Source: Dendrobates tinctorius (lineage: Eukaryota). Taken from it: a DNA stretch of 64,000 bases. Position numbers and translations under genes: made by a program. The stretch is taken from NCBI RefSeq assembly GCF_039654945.1, contig NW_027361792.1, positions 3,038,001 through 3,102,000 on the forward strand, written 5' to 3'. Positions 28,302-41,300 of this stretch are shown here, in pieces. Numbering within the stretch: the stretch's first letter is position 1; each line of letters begins with the position of its first letter. The notes under the pieces were generated by a model, which saw only the letters and a program-made list of their open reading frames with translations, searched no databases and had not been told where the DNA came from.

Positions 28302-31253
28302 GGGGAAGAGTCTGCGGGAAATGACCTGCAGTTCCCGTTTTCAGTCATGGCGGGTGATACGGAGGAGACCGGGGAAGAGGAGGAGGCCGACAGCCGTCCA
28401 CCTCCCCGTTTGCCGGATTTAGAAGTTCAGAAAGATGACTTCCAAAGCGAGCAAATAAAGGATCCTACCCTTTCTCAGGCTAGGACAAATGTAAAAGTGA
28501 TAAATGGGGTACCCGTAGAACCTGTCTCTAGGCTGGCATATCCTTACATGGTTCTGGAGAATGATTTACTCTATCAGATAGAGAAAAAGGGGGAAGACCT
28601 GGTGCAACTATTAGTCGTGCCAAAACCCTACCGGCGGCAGGTGCTGGACCTGGCCCACGGACATGTGATGGGAGGTCACCTGGGAGTCCAGAAAACCACC
28701 GAAAGGATATTACACTGTTTTGTTTGGCCAGGCATGCATCACGATATTCGTGTATATTGTGAGTCTTGTCCTGACTGCCAAGCCTCTGCACCTAAGCCCC
28801 GGTTCTGTAGCCCTTTGGTACCCCTACCTATTATTGAAGTCCCGTTTGAGAGGATTGGGATGGATTTAGTTGGGCCCCTTCCACGGTCTGCACATGGACA
28901 CCAACATATCCTGGTCATCTTGGATTATGCCACTCGTTACCCGGAGGCCATCCCTTTGCGTAACACGGCCACCAAGACGATTGCCAAGGAACTGGTGCAT
29001 GTGTTTAGTCGGGTCGGTATACCAAAACAGATACTCACCGACCAGGGGACCCCCTTTATGTCCAGGGTAATGAAGGAGCTCTGCCGATTGTTACAGATCG
29101 AACCGTTACGCACATCCGTGTATCACCCTCAAACAGACGGGTTGGTCGAACAGTTCAATAAAACTCTGAAGCAGATGCTGAGAAAGGTGATAGACAAGGA
29201 TGGGAAGAACTGGGACTATTTACTTCCGTATTTGCTTTTTGCCATCAGGGAAGTACCCCAGTCTTCCACGGGATTCTCGCCTTTCGAGTTATTGTACGCT
29301 CGACGTCCTCGCGGACTGTTAGACGTTGCAAAAGAAACCTGGGAAGGTCAGGTCACTCCGTTTAAAACGGTGATAGATCACGTCACAAAAATGCAGGACC
29401 GTATTGGGGCTGTTATGCCTATCGTCAAAGAACACATGATGCAGGCTCAAGGAGCCCAAAAAAGAATCTATGATAGGGGCGCCAAGATCCGTACGTTTGC
29501 ACCCGGAGATAGGGTGTTGATCCTGGTCCCCACGGTGGACAGTAAGTTCCTGGCAAAGTGGCAGGGCCCCTTTGAGATTAAGAAAAGAGTTGGTGAAGTA
29601 AATTACAAAGTATACCAGGCAGGTAAACGGAAACCTGAACAGATTTATCATGTAAATCTGATAAAACCCTGGAAGGATCGGTCTGCCTTGTCAGCGGAGC
29701 TGGCCCGTCCCGTCTGCTCGCATACCGTACCGGAGGTACGGATTGCAGAGACTCTCTCGGAGCGGCAAAAGACTGAGGTCAGGCAGTTTCTACTTCACAG
29801 CCAAAAGTTTTTCTCAGAAAAACCCGGGCAGACCACGCTAATGAAACATGACATTGTAACGGAACCTGGTGTCACAGTTCATGTAAAGCCCTACCGAATC
29901 CCGGAAGCGCGCCGTGAAGCCGTTTCCCGAGAAGTGAAGGCAATGTTAGAGTTAGGTGTCACTGAGGAGTCGCACAGTGCTTGGTCCAGCCCGATTGTGC
30001 TAATTCCTAAACCGGACGGCACCATCCGGTTCTGCAATGACTTCAGGAAACTGAATACGGTCTCAAAATTTGATGCCTACCCTATGCCGCGGGTCGACGA
30101 GTTAATAGATCGGTTAGGAAAAGCCCGGTATATTACGACCCTAGACCTAACAAAGGGGTATTGGCAGATCCCTCTGGCGGAGGCTGCCAGAGAAAAGACG
30201 GCATTTGCTACGCCGGAAGGTTTATTTCAGTATGTGTATATGCCGTTTGGACTGCACGGGGCACCAGCGACCTTCCAGAGACTGATGGATCGAGTCCTGA
30301 GGCCACATAGGCGGTACGCTTCGGCCTATATGGACGACATTGTCATTTACAGCTTGGATTGGGAGACTCATCTCCAGAAAGTACAAGCTGTGATTGACGA
30401 CCTGTGGGAGGCAGGTCTAACCGCGAACCCCAAGAAATGTCACATCGGGCTAGAAGAAGCCCGGTATTTGGGGTATGTAATTGGGAGGGGTATTGTTAAA
30501 CCCCAGGTTGATAAGATTCAGGCGGTTCAGGACTGGTCACAACCTGTCAACAAGAAGCAGGTGCAAGCCTTCCTGGGGATCGCCGGCTATTATCGCCGGT
30601 TCATACCCAATTTTGCAGCCATCGCTACCCCCCTGACGGATCTTACAAAAGGGAAAGACTCCGTCATGATTAAATGGAGTTTAGCGGCTGAAGAAGCCTT
30701 CCATAGCCTAAAACGGGCACTTTGCTCTCAGCCCGTACTGGTGACTCCGGACTTCTGCAGCGAGTTTGTGGTACAAACGGATGCCTCTGATACCGGTATC
30801 GGGGCCGTACTCTCACAAGTGAGGGACGGGGTGGAACACCCAGTCCTCTATCTCAGCAGGAAGCTGAACAAACATGAGCAAAAGTATGCAGTCATAGAAA
30901 AAGAGTGCCTCGCCATTAAGTGGGCTCTAGAGGCCCTCAAATATTACCTGGTGGGCCGAAAGTTCAGGCTGATCACTGACCATGCCCCTCTCAAGTGGAT
31001 GCACTTGAACAAGGAACGGAATAGCCGGGTGACCCGGTGGTTCCTTGCCCTGCAGGCCTACACTTTTACGGTGGAGCACCACCCAGGGGTACAGATGGGG
31101 AATGCAGATGCCCTGTCCCGAGTGCACTGTTTGGCGGGTGTCATTGCTCGACCGGAATGGTCTGAGCAGAGGGGGGGGATATGTGAGAATCATGTGGGAA
31201 TAGTGGATGATGGCAGGTATATCTCGCCCAGATTCCTTTCCTATGTGCCCTAG
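28302..31253 (+). CDS. pol: Pol: integrase, then reverse transcriptase, then RNase H
   Basis: H-H-C-C zinc finger, GMDLVGP / LTDQG / GLVEQFN (integrase); LDLTKGYWQ, MPFGL, YMDD (RT); QTDAS, IEKECLA, TDHAPL, NADALSR (RNase H). In frame with the upstream ORF across one TAG; first ATG at 28347. Confidence 0.95.
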   Translation, partial: GEESAGNDLQFPFSVMAGDTEETGEEEEADSRPPPRLPDLEVQKDDFQSEQIKDPTLSQARTNVKVINGVPVEPVSRLAYPYMVLENDLLYQIEKKGEDLVQLLVVPKPYRRQVLDLAHGHVMGGHLGVQKTTERILHCFVWPGMHHDIRVYCESCPDCQASAPKPRFCSPLVPLPIIEVPFERIGMDLVGPLPRSAHGHQHILVILDYATRYPEAIPLRNTATKTIAKELVHVFSRVGIPKQILTDQGTPFMSRVMKELCRLLQIEPLRTSVYHPQTDGLVEQFNKTLKQMLRKVIDKDGKNWDYLLPYLLFAIREVPQSSTGFSPFELLYARRPRGLLDVAKETWEGQVTPFKTVIDHVTKMQDRIGAVMPIVKEHMMQAQGAQKRIYDRGAKIRTFAPGDRVLILVPTVDSKFLAKWQGPFEIKKRVGEVNYKVYQAGKRKPEQIYHVNLIKPWKDRSALSAELARPVCSHTVPEVRIAETLSERQKTEVRQFLLHSQKFFSEKPGQTTLMKHDIVTEPGVTVHVKPYRIPEARREAVSREVKAMLELGVTEESHSAWSSPIVLIPKPDGTIRFCNDFRKLNTVSKFDAYPMPRVDELIDRLGKARYITTLDLTKGYWQIPLAEAAREKTAFATPEGLFQYVYMPFGLHGAPATFQRLMDRVLRPHRRYASAYMDDIVIYSLDWETHLQKVQAVIDDLWEAGLTANPKKCHIGLEEARYLGYVIGRGIVKPQVDKIQAVQDWSQPVNKKQVQAFLGIAGYYRRFIPNFAAIATPLTDLTKGKDSVMIKWSLAAEEAFHSLKRALCSQPVLVTPDFCSEFVVQTDASDTGIGAVLSQVRDGVEHPVLYLSRKLNKHEQKYAVIEKECLAIKWALEALKYYLVGRKFRLITDHAPLKWMHLNKERNSRVTRWFLALQAYTFTVEHHPGVQMGNADALSRVHCLAGVIARPEWSEQRGGICENHVGIVDDGRYISPRFLSYVP

Positions 31254-31639
31254 TCTGGTCAGTTTCTCACCTGGTGACTAATGAATAATGGGAGGTGGAT
31301 ATAAAAGGATGCCAGGTGGTTGTGTGAGTGTCTCAGCCTGGGAACACAGAGAGCCTGTCTGTGTGAGAGACACATGTGAGTGAAAGCAGTGCCCACTGCA
31401 ACTGTGGTTTGGCTGGACGGGAGAAGCCCGCCAGTTGGTAGTTAGGTTGTCCATTGTTTAGTTAGTGCCGGACAAGCAAGGATTTGTTTTATGTTTTATT
31501 TCCTTTTGCATTGCTTTCACCGTTAATAAACCTGACCCAGGGTCAGTTATACCCGGACCCCGGCTGTGCGCCTGAGTTTCATGCTGAACGCACGTGACCT
31601 TTGACCCCAGCAAAGGCGATCCCGGAGTGTTTTATCACT
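31182..31639 (+). repeat. 3' LTR
   Basis: Follows the PPT; differs from the 5' LTR by roughly a dozen substitutions and one short indel (hand count). Confidence 0.95.
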
Positions 31640-32335
31640 ATATATATATATATGTTTATGCAATTTATGTGTGCTTATATATATAATGTGTGCATGTATA
31701 CATATACACACACACAGTTGAAACCAGAATTCTTCCTGGTATCTTGGCTGATTTCTTTAGACTTTCCCATGATGCGGCATGTAGAAGAAGCCTTGTGTTT
31801 CAGGTGTGCATTATAATACATCCACCGGTGTTATACAGACAGGTTTCTGTTGCATGGGGGGGGGGCAGCACAAGATCGCAGGAGAAGGCAATGGACTGAC
31901 AATGGGATCCTCCTCCTTAGATGCCTCGTCTTATACTGATCTTTGCATCCAAGGAGGTAAACAGGATCCGAGCTCCAGAATCCGCCCCACAATGTTTGTC
32001 GATATTCTAAAACCATGAAGACGCATTAGTCTGCGTGAGAGCTGTGTACATAAAACGGCAGGAGATTTTTAACCCTTAAGTGGAACCATACCTCCCATTT
32101 TTGGATTTGTTAGGGCTCCTCGATGGGAAGGGGGAGGGGACATTTTTGCCAGTCTAAATATGATTTAGGGGGAAAACGTACATGACTTATTACCAAGGAG
32201 TGAAGCCATAAATAAAAAGGATAAAAACAGTCACCAGCAATGGGAAATTCAAATGTCATTTTATTTTATACACAGTGACTTAAGTTGCGCCTTTCAGTGT
32301 CCGCACTGGGAAATGTTGAGATATCGGCTCTTGGC

Positions 32336-35300
32336 TCAGAGCACTAGAAAGAAAAACAAACCACGGAGTTGGTTATTCAGTTGCGATTTAGTGGTTCACA
32401 AGCAGCCAGCATTTGACCGCTGCAGCCAATCCATAAATGGATCTGTGTTACTTATCCCTTCTATCTGTATAAATCCATGACGTTACAGGTTTATATTTAT
32501 ACAGAGGTCTTGTGCTGTATTCTGCTGCATTCTCCAGCCTACATGCATGCTCATACAGTGCAGGCTGCTCAGTCCAAAGCGGCAGGAAGCGTACCATTGA
32601 CGGCTCAGTCCCCATCCCCCCATCTCATCATCTGAGGGCTCAGAGGTGATTATTATCATTCATATTAAGGAAGTGTTTATGAGAAATGAGGAGCGGAGAG
32701 ATAGGGGTTGATAAGCTTTCTGCTGAAAGGGACTGAGCAGCCTGCGATGTATGAGCGTGGATGCAGGCTGCAAAAATTAAAAGATCAAACTAGATAGAAA
32801 GTTGTACATTGGGATGTACAACTGCATCTGCATCTGCATCGGTCTATCGTCACAGATTGTTTTTTCCCTGTGTTTGGAATATATGACGGACTGTTACTTA
32901 CCCCACGTGTACTTCACCTGGAATCCAGTGCTTTGCACTGATTTATCCGTGTGGAACTGGAGCAGCACCCAGTTTCCCGCAGACACAATCGTTGCCATCT
33001 TTTTAGATCCACAGTATTTTGCTGACACCAAGGAGCCTATGCGAGAGCCGTGCAGGATGGAGAGGTAGTCGTAGACACAGTTGCGAGAAAGTTCCAGGAC
33101 AAAAGAGGTGAAACTCAGCCGCACCTATGGCGAAAGGGATGTCCAAAAGAAACTGAATTATGGAATACTGAGCACGTATTACAGAATAAAGACATTACTT
33201 ATTACTGCTTGGATGAAATCATGTCAACGAGCTCCGACCTATAGTGACCCCAGACACATTATATATATATATTTATAGAAAGGAATAATCCACCTTTTCT
33301 AGACCATCACTGCAACAATATCATGACTTGGTGACTCTGCCTCATGGTGCCCGAGCACCACAGAGAGACACATGGCAGATGACATTTCCTGAGAGGGAAG
33401 GTTGTGAAGATCATTCTAAGTTGTCAGCAAGACGCTGAGGAATTATAGATGGGGTCAGAAGAAAACAGCCAATGGCAGGCCGTGCAGCTGCTGTGGGGCC
33501 CTTGAGTTGGGAAAGCCGGTAGTGAATGGCCCGGCCTCTGTCCAGAGTCCACCTACTGATCCCAACATCTGCTGTATATGTATGGCTAAAGCCTGAGAGG
33601 GCTCACATGCTGGAGAGAGGTGTGCTGGAGAGGTCTCACATGCTGCAGAGAGCTCACGTGCTGGGGAGGGTTCACGTGCTGGATAGAGATGTGCTGGAGA
33701 GAGCTCACGTGCAGGAGAGAGATGTGCTGGAGAGAGCTCATGTGCTGGAGAGAGATGTGCTGGAGAGCGCTCACATGCTGCAGAGAGCTCACGTGCTGGA
33801 GAGGGCTCACGTGCAGGAGAGAGATGTGCTGGAGAGAGCTCACGTGCTGGAGAGAGGTGTGCTGGAGAGGTCTCACATGCTGCAGAGAGCTCACGTGCTG
33901 GAGAGGGTTCACGTGCTGGATAGAGATGTGCTGGAGAGAGCTCACGTGCAGGAGAGAGATGTGCTGGAGAGAGCTCATGTGCTGGAGAGAGATGTGCTGG
34001 AGAGCGCTCACATGCTGCAGAGAGCTCACGTGCTGGAGAGGGCTCACGTGCAGGAGAGAGATGTGCTGGAGAGAGCTCACGTGCTGGAGAGAGATGTGCT
34101 GGAGAGGGCTCACGTGATTGAAAGAGCTCACCTACTAAAGAAGGTTTATGTGCTGAAGTGAGTTCAGGTGCTGGAGAGAGCTTACGTGCTGGATAGAGAT
34201 GTGCTGGATAGAGATGTGCTGGAGAGGGCTCATGTGCTGGAGAGAGCTCACGTACTGGAGAGAGATGTGCTGGAGAGGTCTCACGTGCTGCAGAGAGCTC
34301 ACGTGCTGGATAGAGATGTGCTGGAGAGGGCTCACCTACTAAAGAAGGTTTATGTGCTGAAGTGAGTTCAGGTGCTGGAGAGAGCGTACGTGCTGGATAG
34401 AGATGTGCTGGAGAGAGCTTACGTACTGGATAGAGATGTGCTGGGGAGGGCTCATGTGCTGGAGAGAGATGTGCTGGAGAGAGCTCACGTACTGGATAGA
34501 GATGTGCTGGAGAGAGCCCACGTGCTGGAGAGGGCTCACGTACTGGATAGAGATGGACTGGATAGAGATGTACTGGAGAGGACTCATGTGATTGAAAAAG
34601 CTCACCTACTAAAGAAGGTTTATGTGCTGAAGTGAGTTCAGGTGCTGGAGAGAGCTCACGTGCTGGAGAGAGATGTGCTGTAGAGAGCTCACATGCTGGA
34701 GAGGGTTCACGTGCTGGAGAGAGATGTGCTGTAGAGAGCTCACATGCTGGAGAGGGCTCACGTACTGGATAGAGTTGTGCTGGATAGAGATGTGCTGGAG
34801 AGGGCTCACCTACTAAAGAAGGTTTATGTGCTGAAGTGAGTTCATGTGCTGGAGAGAGCGTACGTGCTGCAGAGGGCACATATGATGAGGAGGGCTCATG
34901 TGCTGTAGAAGGCTCATATACTGGACAGAGCTCACAATGTGAGTCCACTTCACACCCGATGGGTAACTGATGTGATTGTGGCTCGCTCTGATCGCAGCAC
35001 TTTAACCCTTTAGCTGCTGTGGTGAACAGAGACCACTGCATCTTAATTAGTTAGATACATCATGGGCCACTGTAACGTGATTGCAAAAAAAAGAAAGGTT
35101 ATTGCTTTGGCAGGTGAGGGCCCATTTCGGACCTTTCCTGTGGGCCCCCAGGATTTCTATGTTCACCTCTAAATCAGATTCACAAGAAAAGGCACAGGAG
35201 AGGCGACAGACCGTGCCATGCAGCAGCCTGCCAGGGGCAATGGGGAAACTCCAGCCAATTGAAGGGAGAGGTTGAGATTATCGGTCAGCAAACGTCTTCC

Positions 35301-38300
35301 ATCCCATACCGGACCCCAAGGGTTCAGTGACGACAGCGAAATACACAGCGTCACTCATCACTGGTAAATTATTGTCGCTGTGCAACGGACTGCAAATTTT
35401 TTGCAACAATGCACTTCGAAAAATCTGAAGTTGTGAAGCGCGGTAGCTCCTCTCATGCTCACCTTGTACCCAGGAGGGGCCACAATGGACCACTGACAGT
35501 CCGAAGATGGGAAATACTTGGTGGGAAATCCTGGAGACGTCACTACTCCATTTGCAAGTGTGGACGTTCCACCGCAAATCACTAAAAGATGAAAAGAAAA
35601 CGTTAAGAAACTATCAAGGTCCGGTAAACGAGAAGTCGTGAACCTTCGGCGGTGCGGAGCTGCCTCTTCTTCAGGATCTACCTGAATGGTAAGAGGCCGA
35701 GAAACTCGTCTTCTCGTAGCGCCAAAATTCCACCAACATCAGGTTTCCCGTGGACACCACAGGCGGAGGATCTCCAGTCCGGCACGTGGCATTGAAAAGA
35801 ACCGGGGACGACTTGCTGGCTCCATCGTAAACCACCACGTGATCGGCGCGGCAGATCGAGGACGGAGTGACGGCGAGAAACTGCAAGAAGATCTAAAGGA
35901 AAGAAACACGGACAGGAGACAGAAATCGGTCAGTTTCTGCCATTTAACTCATTGCTTTGCAAAGGATGAAATCTCCGGGGCAGTTCCTCGGTGGAATCCA
36001 CCATAAAAGGGGCACAATTTGCTGCCGAATTTTCCGCCGCGGGTTTTTGCTGCAGATTATTTGCTGCGGAAATTGATTCTGCAGCAGAAATATGTCTCAG
36101 TCCATGCGGATATAAAACAACGGCCGGGTCTGATCATCCGAAAGCCACTGCTCCGTAGCGGGACGAGAGGTTTCCATGAAATACCTTGTTGGCTGGAACA
36201 CGAATGAGCCACAGACAATCCGGCCGAGTCACCGATGCAGAACTGGTAGATCCGGAATGAAAAGTGCCAGAAAGCTCACATAGAAGAAAACTGCACACAT
36301 CTACGGTGAAAAACAGGACTCAGACGAGGTAAAAAAAAAAACATTCCAAATAGGTCACCAGAAGAACTACTCCGTCTGTCCCCATGATAACACTTCTTAC
36401 CATTAAACTCTGATCATAGGGACACTAGATGTCATAGGTATCGGTCAGAATTCATCTTCCAGGAGCTCCTTCAACAAGTGTTCATTTCCCTGCAGTGCCC
36501 CCACAGGGGAACAGAGGTATTGCATGTTACCCACTGAACACACAGACATGCCGAGTCCTCCAGAGTCAGGATCATCAGCTCCGACAGACTGATAAAGGTC
36601 CCTCTATTAACTTAAAGAGTCTTTCAAACAGACCCCATTCAATAATTTACCTATTGCCGGCTACTCCGTGTCCCTATGATAAGAGCAGGAAGTGTTGTCA
36701 TAGGGAGCAGGCGGCCACATATCAGACCTTATCATTAGGATTTCCTCACCACATTGATACAGACGATTTATCTTGACGAGGTCCAGGCTGCTCAGTCCAT
36801 ATCTCTGCCCTATGGGGACAGAGGCGTCGGGCTTTGGCACTATTGTGGGTTGTTCGGGGACATTGGTAAAGGCAAATCTAACAGATGGATGAAAAGACAG
36901 CGATGTCTGATGTCAGTGAGAGGTGAAAGGATGCACAAAGCAGCCAATCAGATTGCAGAATTTATGTCCCAAAATTATAGGAAAAATTAAAGTGTGAATC
37001 CGACCGACTCAGAAATAGAGCAGGTACACAATATACACCAGAGGGGCAGAAGACCCGGGCAAGAGGCCGAACAACAGCACGTCAGCAGCCGGTACACAAT
37101 ATACACCAGAGGGGCAGAAGACCCGGGCAAGAGGCCGAACAACAGCACGTCAGCAGAAAATATCACCGCTGCGTACAGAAGTGAGGGAGTGAAGAGACGT
37201 GAAACATTCTAATTACACACGGTTCATACTATGCAAAAAGGCATTTACTCATAGAGTCAGCATTATCCAGTTATACAAGGGTCACTTACTTTCCATAATG
37301 CATGACTGACGTGTAATCATACTGCAAGCCCAAGTTATTGGTATCCGGCAGGAACTTCTCAAAGTTGCTTTGGTAAACTGCGTATGTAATGATTGAAAGT
37401 GTAATTATAAAAGTGCAGTCACTGTGCACATACAATACATTACTCATCCTGCATTATACCCCAGAGCTGCACTCACTATTCTGCTGGTGCAGTCACTGTG
37501 TACACACATTACATTACTGATCCAGAGTTACATCCTGTATTATACTCCAGAGCTGCACTCACTATTCTCCTGGTGCAGTCACTGTGTACATACATTACAT
37601 TACTGATCCTGAGTTACATCCTGTATTATACTCCAGAGCTGCACTCACTATTCTGCTGGTGCAGTCACTGTGTACATACATTACATTACTGTTCCAGAGT
37701 TACATCCTGTATTATACTCCAGAGCTGCACTCACTATTCTCCTGGTGCAGTCACTGTGTACATACATTACATTACTGATCCTGAGTTACATCCTGTATTA
37801 TACTCCAGAGCTGCACTCACTATTCTCCTGGTGCAGTCACTGTGTACATACATTACATTACTGATCCTGAGTTACATCATGTATTATACTCCAGAGCTGC
37901 ACTCACTATTCTGCTGGTGCAGTCACTGTGCACATACATTACATTACTGATCCTGAGTTACATCCTGTATTATACTCCAGAGCTGCACTCACTATTCTGC
38001 TGGTGCAGTCACTGTGCACATACATTACATTACTGATCCTGAGTTACATCCTGTATTATACTCCAGAGCTGCACTCACTATTCTCCTGGTGCAGTCACTG
38101 TGTACATACTAATTATATTACTGATCCTGAGTTACATCCTGTATTATACTCCAGAGCTGCACTCACTATTCTGCTGGTGCAGTCACTGTGTACATACATT
38201 ACTGATCCTGAGTTACATCCTGTATTATACCCCAGAGCTGCACTCACTATTCTGCTGGTGCAGTCACTGTGTACATACATTACTGATCCTGAGTTACCTC

Positions 38301-41300
38301 CTGTATTATACTCCAGAGCTGCACTCACTATTCTCCTGGTGCAGTCACTGTGTACATACTAATTATATTACTGATCCTGAGTTACATCCTGTATTATACT
38401 CCAGAGCTGCACTCACTATTCTGCTGGTGCAGTCACTGTGTACATACTAATTATATTACTGATCCTGAGTTACATCCTGTATTATACCCCAGAGCTGCAC
38501 TCACTATTCTGCTGGTGCAGTCACTGTGTACATACATTACTGATCCTGAGTTACATCCTGTATTATACCCCAGAGCTGCACTCACTATTCTGCTGGTGCA
38601 GTCACTGTGTACATACATTACTGATCCTGAGTTACCTCCTGTATTATACTCCAGAGCTGCACTCACTATTCTCCTGGTGCAGTCACTGTGTACATACTAA
38701 TTACATTACTGATCCTGAGTTACATCATGTATTATACTCCAGAGCTGCACTCACTATTCTGCTGGTGCAGTCACTGTGCACATACATTACATTACTGATC
38801 CTGAGTTACATCCTGTATTATACTCCAGAGCTGCACTCACTATTCTCCTGGTGCAGTCACTGTGTACATACTAATTATATTACTGATCCTGAGTTACATC
38901 CTGTATTATACTCCAGAGCTGCACTCACTGTTCTGCTGTTGCAGTCACTGTGTACATACATTACATTACTGATCCTGAGTTACATCCTGTATTATACTCC
39001 AGAGCTGCACTCACTATTCTCCTGGTGCAGTCACTGTGTACATACTAATTATATTACTGATCCTGAGTTACATCCTGTATTATACTCCAGAGCTGCACTC
39101 ACTATTCTGCTGGTGCAGTCACTGTGTACATACATTACTGATCCTGAGTTACATCCTGTATTATACCCCAGAGCTGCACTCACTATTCTGTCTGCTGGTG
39201 CAGTCACTGTGTACATACATTACTGATCCTGAGTTACCTCCTGTATTATACTCCAGAGCTGCACTCACTATTCTCCTGGTGCAGTCACTGTGTACATACT
39301 AATTATATTACTGATCCTGAGTTACATCCTGTATTATACCCCAGAGCTGCACTCACTATTCTGCTGGTGCAGTCACTGTGTACATACATTACTGATCCTG
39401 AGTTACCTCCTGTATTATACTCCAGAGCTGCACTCACTATTCTCCTGGTGCAGTCACTGTGTACATACTAATTACATTACTGATCCTGAGTTACATCCTG
39501 TATTATACTCCAGAGCTGCACTCACTATTCTGCTGGTGCAGTCACTGTGCACATACATTACATTACTGATCCTGAGTTACATCCTGTATTATACTCCAGA
39601 GCTGCACTCACTATTCTCCTGGTGCAGTCACTGTGTACATACTAATTATATTACTGATCCTGAGTTACATCCTGTATTATACTCCAGAGCTGCACTCACT
39701 GTTCTGCTGTTGCAGTCACTGTGTACATACATTACATTACTGATCCTGAGTTACATCCTGTATTATACTCCAGAGCTACACTCACTATTCTCCTGGTGCA
39801 GTCACTGTGTACATACTAATTATATTACTGATCCTGAGTTACATCCTGTATTATACTCCAGAGCTGCACTCACTATTCTGCTGGTGCAGTCACTGTGTAC
39901 ATACATTACATTACTGATCCTGAGTTACATCCTGTATTATACTCCAGAGCTGCACTCACTATTCTGCTGGTGCAGTCACTGTGTACATACATTACATTAC
40001 TGATCCTGAGTTACATCCTGTATTATACTCCAGAGCTGCACTCACTATTCTCCTGGTGCAGTCACTGTGTATATACATTACATTACTGATTCTGAGTTAC
40101 ATCCTGTATTATACCCCAGAGCTGCACTCACTATTCTGCTGGTGCAATCACTGTGTACATACATTACATTACTTATCCTGAGTTACATCCTGTATTATAC
40201 TCCAGAGCTGCACTCACTATTCTGCTGGTGCAGTCACTGTGTACGTACATTACATTACTGATCCTGAGTTACATCCTGTATTATACTCCAGAGCTGCACT
40301 CACTATTCTGCTGGTGCAGTCACTGTGTACATACATTACATTACTTATCCTGAGTTACATCCTGTATTATACTCCAGAGCTGCACTCACTATTCTGCTGG
40401 TGCAGTCACTGTGTACGTACATTACATTACTGATCCTGAGTTACATCCTGTATTATACCCCAGAGCTGCACTCACTATTCTGCTGGTGCAGTCACTGTGT
40501 ACATACATTACTGATCCTGAGTTACCTCCTGTATTATACTCCAGAGCTGCACTCACTATTCTCCTGGTGCAGTCACTGTGTACATACTAATTATATTACT
40601 GATCCTGAGTTACATCCTGTATTATACTCCAGAGCTGCACTCACTATTCTGCTGGTGCAGTCACTGTGTACATACTAATTATATTACTGATCCTGAGTTA
40701 CATCCTGTATTATACCCCAGAGCTGCACTCACTATTCTGCTGGTGCAGTCACTGTGTACATACATTACTGATCCTGAGTTACATCCTGTATTATACCCCA
40801 GAGCTGCACTCACTATTCTGCTGGTGCAGTCACTGTGTACATACATTACTGATCCTGAGTTACCTCCTGTATTATACTCCAGAGCTGCACTCACTATTCT
40901 CCTGGTGCAGTCACTGTGTACATACTAATTACATTACTGATCCTGAGTTACATCATGTATTATACTCCAGAGCTGCACTCACTATTCTGCTGGTGCAGTC
41001 ACTGTGCACATACATTACATTACTGATCCTGAGTTACATCCTGTATTATACTCCAGAGCTGCACTCACTATTCTCCTGGTGCAGTCACTGTGTACATACT
41101 AATTATATTACTGATCCTGAGTTACATCCTGTATTATACTCCAGAGCTGCACTCACTGTTCTGCTGTTGCAGTCACTGTGTACATACATTACATTACTGA
41201 TCCTGAGTTACATCCTGTATTATACTCCAGAGCTGCACTCACTATTCTCCTGGTGCAGTCACTGTGTACATACTAATTATATTACTGATCCTGAGTTACA

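Larger units (their letters stand above)
26425..31639 (+). mobile_element. Full-length Gmr1-type Ty3/gypsy LTR retrotransposon
   Basis: LTRs 26425-26875 and 31182-31639 (TGTGA...TCACA/TCACT), ATAT target duplication, PBS, PPT AGAGGGGGGGG, and gag-PR-IN-RT-RNaseH order. Confidence 0.96.
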
